Positions 53,531-64,000 of a stretch of DNA of 64,000 nucleotides are shown here, piece after piece (within the stretch, counting starts at the first letter, position 1; each line of letters starts with the position of its first letter). A program made the position numbers and the translations under genes. Origin of the DNA: Octopus bimaculoides (lineage: Eukaryota); contig NC_068986.1 in assembly GCF_001194135.2 (NCBI RefSeq), forward strand, positions 63,508,810 to 63,572,809, given 5' to 3'. The notes below the pieces were generated by a model that saw nothing but the letters and a program-made list of their open reading frames with translations, was not told where the DNA came from and did no database searches.

Positions 53531-53957
53531 CTCCAAATGATTCCAGAAAACTATGTTGTAACTTTTCAGTTGTTTATCTTGACACCTGATAAAGCAATTG
53601 TATAGAAACCCAATTGAAGAAATGAATCTGTTCCAAGCCTCATATCACATCACTGAAAGATGATTGAGTTGTTTTTCTAATGGTTTTCACTTGGCAATTC
53701 TTTGGTCTTTTTTAATACATATGTATTTTCTTGTGTTTGGGGAGAGTCATTCTCTTTTAGTGTCTAGTCACTGGTAAAGGTTCCACTCATTTATTTATTT
53801 ATTTATTTTTCTAACATTTTCGTTGTGTCTTGCAACCTTTTCAGTAGTTGTTGACTGTCCATTATCTGAGATGCATTCTTTTTGTTCGTTTGCGCACATA
53901 TGTGTACGTCAGTGTGTGTGCGCATACATATGTATGTATATAGAAACATGTATATAT

Positions 53958-55013
53958 GTAAACACCGAGAGGAACATAATAGAGAGCATACAGCAAGTAG
54001 CTAAATCCATCCACCAAAGTATCAAGATAACAATAGATTATCCCACTAGGCACCCCAACAATAGACTCCCCATCCTTGACACTGAACTTTGGCTAGAGAC
54101 AGTGAACAACTGAGTGCAGCTCCTCCACTCTTATTACATGAAACCCATAGCTTCGAAGTATGTTGTTCACAAGAATTCAACTTTGTCACACAACATAAAA
54201 ATTAACATCCTGATAGCAGACTTAGTTAGGATAATGAACAATGTGTCCCTACTATGCAAATTATGAAACAAAGAAACATGTACAGAACTTCACACACTGC
54301 ATGCAATTCTCTAGATATGATTAAAAAGATAGTGTTCAAGTATACAGGGGTGCTAGAAAGAAGTTAGATAATGTTATATGTAATGAAACCAGTGGTACCT
54401 GCCCTAGATATAGAAGCAAAGGAATAGAATACAAAGAGCTTGTGACAAAGCAAACAGAGTGAACACGTATAAACCCAACAAATATCAAGGAGTGATGTTT
54501 GTAGAGGCCACAGCCCATAGAGAACTAGACCGTAGATTTAGGAAAGCTCTGAAGGAGACCAAACTAAACATTAAGATTGTTGAAAAGCCAGGGAACTCCA
54601 TCAGATCACAACTATGTAGGACATACCCCTTTGAGAATACCATATGAACCAATGATAACTGCATGGTATATAGGATTAGCCCTGGAATTAACTGTATAAC
54701 TAGAAATGTAGTTTACAGCATAGGATGCATAGAAAGTGCTTGTAAAGACATGAACATGACATACATAGGGGAGACATCTAGGAGCATTGCAGAAAGACTA
54801 AATGAACATTTGCTCTTTTACTTGTTTCAGTCATTTGACTGCGGCCATGCTGGAGCACCGCCTTTAGTCGAGAAAATCGACCCCAGGACTTATTCTTTGT
54901 AAGACAAGTACTTATTCTATTGGTCTCTTTTGCCGAACTGCTAAATTACGGGGATGTAAACAAACCAGCATCGGTTGTCAAGCAATGTTGTGGGGACAAA
55001 CACAGACACACAA

Positions 55014-55055
<42 letters not shown>

Positions 55056-55372
55056 GCTTCTTTCAGTTTCCATCTACCAAATCTACCAAAGCTATTGTAG
55101 AAAGCACTTGGCCAAGGTGCCACGCAGTGGGACTGAACCCAGAACCATGTGGCTGGTAAGCAAGCTACTTACCACACAGCTACTCCTGCGCCTATCACAG
55201 CCACTCCTATGACAACAAAAAACAGTCCTCCATACTCTACCAACATGGAAGCAATCTGGGTCGACTTGACATCTGCATTTTATCCAAGCACCCAAAGGAC
55301 CCAACCCTCAGACAAATACAGGAGTACGTCCTCATAAATGAAACATCCTCAGTACTAAATAGGAAATATATG
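53958..55372 (+). mobile_element. Penelope-like element (RT thumb, Cys-rich linker, C-terminal GIY-YIG; Neptune-like), 5'-truncated and split by a SINE
   Basis: SIKITIDYP..RLPILD; YYMKPIASKYVVHKNS; VMFVEAT; IKIVEKPGNSIRSQL; C..NCITRNVVYSIGC..C..TYIGETSRSIAERLNEHL. After the SINE: YDNKKQSSILYQH...DPTLRQIQEYVLI..LNRKYMW*. Confidence 0.85.
54813..55195 (-). mobile_element. Full-length OR-type SINE inserted in the GIY-YIG coding region
   Basis: Near-identical organisation to 9931-10332. The PLE reading frame resumes right after it. Confidence 0.85.
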
Positions 55373-55763
55373 TGGTAGGTAATCATACCCCCACAGCCAC
55401 AGTTTATATATACACAAGTAGAGTTGTTAGTAGGCTGTTATGTAGATGTATGTATGTATGTGTCTGTCTGTCTGTGTGTGTGTGTGCACATGTATGTAGG
55501 CAAATGGATATGAAAGTAAACAGGTAATCATACAGACGGATAGGTACATAGGTAATATGAACAGACAAGCACATATACACACACACATATGCAAATGAAG
55601 ACTGAAACACATGACCATATACACACACACACTTCACTTCATACAAGGACACATTTGGAGACACATCTCCACATGTGGAAATACACATCCATACAGACAC
55701 AGTACATAGTCACAAAAACCCATACACACACACACTCAGACATTCACACACAAGGAAACAGAG

Positions 55764-55798
<35 letters not shown>

Positions 55799-55944
55799 CA
55801 AATACGAACACACAAACACATGAATATGCAGCTACATACATACAAACGTACACACATACATATATATTCGCACACACACACACACACACACACATGCATA
55901 CACACACACTTACCTGCATACACACATACATACATACAAACAAA

Positions 55945-56083
55945 CAAAAATACCCTGTTGTTGATGATGAAATACCAATGAAGGAGCCTTGAATCTAGGT
56001 TAGAAGCCAGTTCTTTCTCTATTGGCAAGAAATCTTGAAATAAGTTGAATAATAACAAATACATACATACATACATACATACA
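55945..56083 (+). mobile_element. Short 3'-end copy of the R4/Dong-like family, bounded by (CATA)n on both sides
   Basis: AAAAATACCCTGTTGTTGATG..GAAAT.CCA..AAGGAGCCTTGAATCTAGG.TAGAA matches the reverse complement of 8318-8378. Confidence 0.65.
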
Positions 56084-58255
56084 TGTGTATGCACACACAC
56101 ACACTGACCCACACACATGTGCACAAACAAACAAAAAAATGCAGTTTGGATAACAGACAGAGTCAACAATTATTGAAACATTTGCAAGATGCAATGAAAA
56201 TTTTTGAAAAATAAATAAGTAAATGAGTAGAGACTTTACTGGTGAGTGTGTTAAATAATGAGGCACTAAAAGAGAATGACTTTCCCCAGTCACAACAAAA
56301 TATGCTTCAATACACGAATTCACATAAAGAATCTTGCAAACCAAATCCAAAAATTAAATACTTATGTAATATATCTTTTCCTAAACAAGTTGGGAAGAAT
56401 GCAACAATTTTATGCTGTTTTAACAATTGGAATGTCTGAATCTCAAAGTGATTCCAAGCTGCTTCAATAAATATTTTGTAAACTGCTACCTCAAATAGCT
56501 TTGTCATTAGAAGACAGTAAAACTTTTAAAGAATTAAACCCTGCTTTAAATTGAAATGCTCAATGGGTGATTCTACACCACTAGATTATTTTCATTGTTT
56601 AATTAAAGGAAAAATAGGTAGCGCTCATAGCTCTTGAAAATCATCTAAGAATAAGATAAGTCAGCTTTAACTTTTGCAGGATTGATATTTGATAAAGGTA
56701 AGATGTTATACGAGGCAAGTGTTCCAAAGAAATTGCAAATTCTAGAAAAGCATTGGTGAAAGTAAGAAATGGTGTGAGTGTACTGAGTTGATTTCAGCAG
56801 AGAGGGATATTCAGTTTATAAGTTCAGAAAAGTAGAAGTGTCTTGGTGGGTAGAATTTTGCAAATTAATTGAATGATCTGTTTTTAAATGCAATCTGAAT
56901 TTTTTATGTGTGCAGAAAATACACTAACTTAGATGAGTGAGCAGTACCTTAATATTAGGAGCACTTGTAATGATTCTTACACATGCTAACCAATAGTTTA
57001 AAATTGAGGTATTTTTGAGCTCTGAAGAAGAAATCAGCTTTTAATTTGAAGTTTTTTAAATGCAATATGTTATAAAAAGTCAAATGAAATCCAGTCATGG
57101 CCATCCCATCTTGACTGTTCTAGACAGTGCACTCAAGACCACCTTTTCCAATAAAATGCAATATGAGGAAAATTTGGTTGCTATTTCTATGCAAGTCAAA
57201 TGTCTGCACAGCAGCCTCCATTTTGACTTATTATTATAGGCATGTAGTTACAATGAAATGTTACCCGAGATTGTGAAGCTTTAACATTTGTAAAAAGTTT
57301 TGCCTGATTGTTAAATGCCAACTGCAGAGAAGCTGAGCTCTAGAACATCTTTGTAGCAAAGATGTTTCTGATTCTGATGAAGGATTTTTACAAAATGTTG
57401 GAACTTTTGTCTCCCCACATCACTCAAACCAATCTAAATTTCTGTCTAATGAATATTGATTTCCTAATAGGGAGACATCATATGTATTAAGGCAATATAT
57501 TTCGCACAGGTCTCCCTCACTGAAATAAAGGTTCCGTCCAATTACAAGCACATATTGATATTGTTGTGATTGTTTAGTCTCAGCTTAGATTTCATCAAGC
57601 AGAACTATGATCAAAAACATCCCTACTATGACTATTCCATCTTATTTTCAGATATAGTATATCTCAGATTATATAATATCTTTTTTTAATGTAAGATATA
57701 ATTTGAGAGAAACTTTGCGGCTATTCCTAGCAAGTCAAGCAGCCACGTACAGGCTTCTTTGTTGTTTTGTATGAGCACATGCATATAAACATGGTCAATA
57801 TGACTCCAGGACAAACTTGAAATTGGAATTATTTACAAAGTAGAAAAGATAAGGATAATTAGTCTTAAGGATCAATAGTAATAACTTCTTTTACTTTTAT
57901 CACTGAAGCAAATATTTTATGTATGAAAATTATATTCTTTAATCACATCCCTGCATAACAAAAGAAAAAAATGAAGTTCACTTGATCCTGTTTAGATTCT
58001 GTAATCAAACTTGAGGTCTACTATATCTTGGAAGCTGCCACAGGAATTGCAACAAAGCAATTTACATGTAAAGATATGGTGTTTTCTTGTAAACTCTATT
58101 GATAACATGATTATATGATAGGAGGCTGAAACAGAAAAATAGTTGTAGGATAGGGATAAAGAGAGAGGGAATGGAAAGGAAAGGTGGTTAATGGCATGTG
58201 GTGAGGGTGAATGTTAGATTGAAATCTGTTGAGTAATGGTGGAAAGGTGAAATAA

Positions 58256-58302
<47 letters not shown>

Positions 58303-58429
58303 TACACATGTATATGTATATATGTGTGTGTATGTGTGTGTACATGTGTGTGTGTATATATATATATATGTAAATGTATACATATATATATATATGTGTG
58401 TATGTTCATCATCATTGAGATCATTACTA

Positions 58430-58900
58430 CAACCAGTACCACCATACTTTTACTATGACACCATCTTTACTCTCATCTTCCTATCTGCCACTGCCACTGC
58501 CATCATCATTATCAACACCATCCCATCTTAATCATTGTCCTGATGATATTATTATATTCCTTATACCACCCTGGCAGCCTCTTTTCCTCCCTACCATTAA
58601 CAACACTGTCATAATCCTTTTCATCAGTATCATCAGCATCGTTAGTCATCATCAGTATCCTCAATATCATCACTACCATAAATGTCTGCAGCAGCATTTT
58701 AATTTTTATTGTCATCATCATCACCCTTCTTAGCACTGTTATCATTACCACTGCCATTGCAACCACCACTACCATCACCACCATCATCATTAGCAATATC
58801 TTCTTCTGCATCATCATCATCAAAGTCATCATCGTTGTTGTCATCGCCATCATTGTCATCTTCATGACATCAGCTAATCTCCTATTTCAATCCAATCAAT
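58430..58900. repeat. Degenerate (CAT)n/(CAC)n low-complexity tract
   Basis: Directly visible. Source of the M/V-rich and H-rich ORFs. Confidence 0.85.
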
Positions 58901-59779
58901 GTCATTGTTGCTGAAAATCCATTTGCTATGGATTGCATGGATTGTCATGAAATGCAAATACTTGTAGGACGTGGATCATGGGGTGGTGCAGGATGGCAGA
59001 GGGAAGATGGAGATAATGGAAAGGAGGAAGAGGAGGAGTATGAGCCAAAGGGTGAGAAAGTAGGAGAGAGAGAAAGAAAGAAAGAAAGAAAAGCACAAAA
59101 GAAAGAATAAAAGAAAAAGAGGAATGGGTGGAGAGATTATTATATCTCAGTTTAAGATGCGAGACATTGGTAATTCCAATGTCTATTGCAAGTAACTGCT
59201 GAGGAAAATACTTCACAAATGTAATGGCTCTTTTTAACCCCTTTACCCTGTAAAACATAAACGTCTGCTACAGAAACATCCAATAGTAAAAGAATGCTAA
59301 TGCACACATACACAGACGCAAGGGTTGGGGGTGGGTTTTGTTAGAGATTTAGAAACTAATAGCATTAGGATGGGAATGAGTAGGAAGATAAAGTTATTGG
59401 GCCCAGGTCGGGAATGTCAAAATGCTTGTTGATAGATTCAGACCATCTTCTTATTGCGGAAGATTCCATTTCACTGAGTACTTTGTCAAATGGAATCATG
59501 GAGCTCAAACAGAACATTTTGTGAATGCCTGAAATCTGAAATATCTGTCCAGAGAAAAATAATGCGGTGGTATGTTTTGTTTTGTTTGTGTGTGTGTGTG
59601 CGTGCATACAGGTGTTTATGTGTGAGTGTGTGTGTGTGTGTATGTTTCTATGTGTGCATGAGTGTGTGTGTGTGTTCTTTCTGTGTATTTTGGGAGAGGA
59701 AGACATAAAACAGAAAAGTTTATATCCACATATATAAAACTTTCTACTTCATTTCTTCTATCTCTCTCTTGCACACACA

Positions 59780-59817
<38 letters not shown>

Positions 59818-59840
59818 GACAGACAGAGAGNNNNNNNNNN

Positions 59841-59874
<34 letters not shown>

Positions 59875-60213
59875 GACAGACAGAGAGGAAAGAGAATGAA
59901 ATACACACACACACACACACAATACTATCCCAGACACAACAACATATTAAATATATTAATCTATTCATTTTTCTTTGTTTCTCTATACATACATGCTGAA
60001 CATTGTCACTACATAATAATAATAAAGACTTTTCAAACATGCTGGCCAAAATTGGATGAAGAGGGCAGCCCAATGATTTGCTGCTACTGAAATACAAACT
60101 GGGACTTGATCAACCAGTCATCTGGGCAAGGGAGCCTGATAGTGAAAGACCTGAAACCCACTGAAACATCACTGATGATGCATCTCAGAGTATCTTCAAA
60201 ATGTATCTCAAGA

Positions 60214-60528
60214 CTAAACTCTCTTCTCTTCCAAGCAGTCTGTATCTCCAGCTTCTATTAAGATAAAGCCTAGATCATCCAGCAACCTCCAGTTGATATT
60301 ATATAGCATTGCATCCTCTTTTAATTGCCATGTATAGCTGGCAAAAGTTGTGACCTTACTCCCTTCCTGAATCCTAAAAGAGGATCTAGTTTTATTTAGG
60401 CTGGCCTTAAAGTGGCCTTCTCTTACCCCAACATATTTCTGTATATGCATTATCTCATAGGTATTAGTTGATGCTACTTCTGCTTTGTAAACCATGGCTT
60501 CTCTGTTGCATTGACCCTTAAATTTCAT
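60214..60528 (-). mobile_element. Penelope-like GIY-YIG endonuclease remnant (second family)
   Basis: GQC..AMVYKAEV...KYVGVREGHFK...SSF...TTFASYTWQLKE...YNINWRLL...CLEEK. Confidence 0.75.
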
Positions 60529-61124
60529 TCCACCTTTTTGCCACCACCAAACCTATCTAGAGTCTAGGTGGGTGTGTGTGTGTGTGTGTGTGATATTGTC
60601 CCTCCTCTTTGTGTGTTTCTGTATAAGATAAGGTCTCACATATTTAATGTAATTTAGATATCTTTGAATAACTGGTATTATCCAAGCCACTGCTTGACAA
60701 AAAGCTCTATGGGGTTTTACAAATCTAAAACCAAGAAAAGGAGTGACTATTAAGTATAAATGATTGAAATTTTTGGTCATTAGGCAATGTGGATTCAAGT
60801 GGACTTGATCTTTAAAGCCAACTAGTAAATACGATATGTTTTGGTATTAAAAAGCCTCTTTGAGTTCAGTTAGCAGGACAAAAAATAAATTATCGATATA
60901 TTAGAGAAATAGAGATGTAGTGATGTTGATTTGGAATATGGCTGGTGAGAAAATACCTCAGGGGAACGATTTACATAATAAATACATCTGCAATAGGGTC
61001 TCACTTATTCAAGATGGTGAACTAAAACTTATTGATCAACGAAGACTATCCAAGAAATTGGTAAATAAAAAGGAACTTCTTTTATCCTTGCAACAGTTTG
61101 AAGATACTGCCAATACTTAACTAT

Positions 61125-61350
61125 AAAAGTGACTTGTAATGTCCTACATTGCCAAACATTTTTAACACTTCCATCACATAATGATCTGATTGCTTTCCCT
61201 GCCTTCATATCCTTAACAGCCATTTCAACTTTTTAGCAATTGATTTCAATTGGTGATCCTCTTACTGGATGTGGTCCACTTGGAGGAAACATCTCTCTTT
61301 CTCTCATGATTTCCCCTCATTCACTAGACTCTTGTAATAGCATGTCACCT
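61125..61350 (-). mobile_element. Short RTE-clade LINE fragment
   Basis: MAVKDMKAGKA; SSKVDHIQ. Similar to the 18550-18720 region. Confidence 0.65.
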
Positions 61351-62637
61351 TCTTGGCATATACAGGAATGTATGTATACATGAGTGAACATGTGTGCATG
61401 TACATGTATGTGTGTGTGTGTGTGAATGTATTTATACATGTATGTATGTATGTATGGATGGATGGATGTAATTGAGGGTGCTATGTGTGGGTGTACATAT
61501 ATCCATTAATATCGAGACACATGGAGTTATGTAATGTGAATGATCTACCCATTTGGAGCACAAAACTTCAACTTCAGGAAATCAGCCTACCATTTGATCA
61601 CTTACTGCTCAAGCAAACACAAACACCAAGTAGACTTCATATAAAACAGGAAACATGGTAGACAGCTGGTTGGGGAAATGAAGCCTATTCCCAGTGAAGA
61701 ACGTATGTACAACTTAACATAGGCTACTGATTAACTATACCAAAGTAAGTTATGAAATCTCTGAGACACAAGATAATCTGAAGAAATAATGTAGAGAAGC
61801 TGAAAGATCCTTTGGTCTGATGGCAATTCAAAGAAGTATTTAGTGAGGTGTATGTCCAGAAAGAGGAGGAGATAAAGACCTATACTACAGAAGATAACAG
61901 GGAATTTCTAGAAGAAAATATATTGTAATCTATAGACTAGATCCTCTAAAAGACCAAGTTCCAGGTACCTAGAATAGAAGATGATATGGTAGTGGAATGA
62001 TTTGGTAGACAGTGTACTAAAAGCAGGAGGATTAGCAAACTAATGCATATGGGTGGACTATATGGAAGTTTGGTGAGTGAAAAATGTAATTATGGATCAT
62101 CTTGTGGAGAAATGAGTTGAATAGGCTTGATTTCCTCTTAAAAGTTAGTGGGGGATATACTATCATCCTTTGCCAATTTTAAATAGGAGGAATGAGCAAT
62201 GCTTACGAGTAAGGAGAGTCATGTATGTGGGGGGGGGGGGTTATTCCCTACATATATTTCACCATTGTGGTTGTTTGGAACTTCTGCATTGAATGTTCCA
62301 AGTGGAATTGGATGCTGAACCAAAACAGATCATCAACCAAGCAATTTATTGCTTTATGTTCTGGACCTCCCTTTGCAAATACTGATAGGGCACAAAACGT
62401 GTGTCAATAGCCAGCTGGAGGAGGTGTTTTCCTGGGGTTACAAGCTACAGTAGCATCCACCCTTAAGGGTTAGCCACATTTGAGCGGCAAATATACTTCA
62501 CAATGTCATGCAGCTACTGTTTATACCTCGCTCAGAGATTTATTATTGCTTATATATATATATACACTTGGAAATGGATACATAGCATTAAAACAAATGA
62601 TAATATAAATAATCTATATATATATATATATATATAT

Positions 62638-62913
62638 GGGCAAGTGTCTTCTACTATAATCTTGGGCCGATCAAAGCCTTGTGAGTGGATTTGGTAGATG
62701 GAAACTGAAAGAAGCCTGTCGTATATATGTATACGTTTGTCTGTATTTGTCCCCCCTCCCGCCATCGCTTGACAACCGATGCTGGTGTGTTTACGTCCCC
62801 GTAACTGACTGGTTCGGAAAAAGAGACCGATGCAATAAGTACTAGGCTTACAAACAAAGGTGGTGCTCCAGCATGGCCAGTCAAATGACTGAAACAAGTA
62901 AGAGTAAAAGGAG

Positions 62914-62915
<2 letters not shown>
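62638..62915 (+). mobile_element. 5'-truncated OR-type SINE
   Basis: GGGCAAGTGTCTTCTACTAT...GGATTTGGTAGATGGAAACTGAAAGAAGCC...AAACAAGTAAGAGTAAAAGGAGTA. Confidence 0.8.
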
Positions 62916-62945
<30 letters not shown>

Positions 62946-62966
62946 GTACACACATACATATACAGG

Positions 62967-63166
62967 TACAGGACATCACTAACAGCAAAGAACTTGAAAT
63001 ACGAAAATAAATGAGTTCAATATGCAAAAGAGAGAAACAAATGGAAAACAGGACAAGTAACATAAAGAACGACCCTTCATCAGTTGTCGGCTGTCTGCTC
63101 GTTGTTTGCGTATTGAACTTAATTGCTTTTGTATTTCATGTTGTTTACTGTTGGTGACGTCCTGTA
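62967..63166. repeat. 200-bp hairpin element with ~68-bp inverted arms in (TA)n context
   Basis: TACAGGACATCACTAACAG...GAGTTCAATATGCAAA versus TTTGCGTATTGAACTT...CTGTTGGTGACGTCCTGTA. Confidence 0.8.
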
Positions 63167-63204
63167 TTCATATATGCATATGTATATACATATATATATA
63201 TATA

Positions 63205-64000
63205 TATAGGTTCAAAAAAAGGAAAAAGACAAAAAACAATAACAACAACGTGAGGACGTGATATAGATAGTATTACTAGACGCTCGGGAAAGGAAAGAGA
63301 GAGAATATGACGTTTCGAGCGGAGCTCTTCGTCGGAAACAAGGAACGGAGGAAGGAAAAATCGCCACCGATGTCCACGGACCGTGTGAACCAAGGAGATG
63401 GCGACGAACGGAAACAGGCTCCTTTTAATGTGGTCGCACGGTTGACACAAAACATATAATACAACATTGGAGGGCTCGCATGTGAGATGCGAGCGAGTGC
63501 CAGCAAGGAAAGAGAGAGAGACAACCGTTAGTTATATATAGAGAGTAAGCTTATTAGCGTAGTCAACTGTGTGTCTGTGTGTGCGTGCATGCGGCAATAT
63601 AAGTAACACAATATGTATGACTGGCCGTCGTATAAGCAATGGTATGTTAACAATAATATGTGTGTGGTGTGAATGAGAAATACGTGGAATAAGAGTTTGT
63701 AACAGACTATAAGAGTCCTGAACACAAAGATAGAGAAATACCAGTTCATAGAAGAGTTACACAGTAGGTAGAATATCTGTACACAAGAGGTCGTGGCTGA
63801 ATAGCAGAGCTGAGGTGTCACATGTTGTGTGTGAAGTTGAGTGTCAATGCTGCGACCGGTTACTTGAATACAGAAGATTCTCGCAGGTTGTTTTGGCTGT
63901 TATTTTCATGGTGGAAACAATCCACACAAAAAGTGTTGAGAAGGAACCGCAGTTGCTGTTGGCGCTGGCGACGACAATGTAATAGACAGTTGACCGGTGG
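63205..64000 (-). mobile_element. CpG-retaining repeat, probably the terminal region of a Penelope-like element, with a hammerhead-like motif
   Basis: Many CpGs compared with the rest of the window, and bounded by (TA)n. Minus-strand motif CCGACGA-A-GAGC-TCC-GCTC-GAAAC-GTC at 63309-63335. No PLE ORF is visible inside the window. Confidence 0.5.

Noticed and set aside
56150-57060. Possible hAT transposase remnant
   Set aside because: Only a faint LC..K.H.LRW-like hint. No convincing motif chain or TIRs.
59780-59890. Direct repeat CACA..AAAGACAGACAGAGAG on both sides of a 10-N gap
   Set aside because: Most likely an assembly overlap artefact.
60165-60205. CTGATGA next to the Penelope GIY-YIG remnant as a possible hammerhead
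   Set aside because: It is antisense to the element, lacks a GAAA in register and has no NUH/stem III.
60920-61120. 66-aa ORF (GEKIPQGNDLHNKYICNRV...)
   Set aside because: No splice signals or recognisable family. The vague PLE resemblance is on the opposite strand from the neighbouring GIY-YIG.

Overview
AT-rich, microsatellite-dense animal nuclear DNA with three assembly gaps (20067-20176, 41220-41942, 59831-59840). The SINE and MITE repertoire suggests an Octopus-type cephalopod genome (inference). No intact, recognisable host gene is present. Almost all ORFs in the track are microsatellite translations, read-through of N-gaps or decayed transposon fragments. The window is a layered set of transposon remnants: a maT-like Tc1/mariner transposase, a long CRE-clade RLE retrotransposon, an R4/Dong-like element, many RTE and BovB-like fragments, CR1, a Gypsy integrase, two Penelope-like elements, an internally deleted Helitron, several MITE/foldback elements and at least three tRNA-derived SINE families. 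The most unusual items are: (i) an ORF1-only, half-LINE-like element inserted with a 16-bp target duplication into the tRNA-derived head of a SINE; (ii) retroelements associated with microsatellite targets ((CATA)n, (AAT)n) that build co-oriented arrays; (iii) a hammerhead-ribozyme-like motif near the window end; (iv) a 309-bp branched palindrome whose mismatches are mostly G.U-compatible. Scattered + strand exon-like segments and a minus-strand bias of LINEs hint that the window is intronic, but this is unproven. All family assignments are by motif recognition, not database search.
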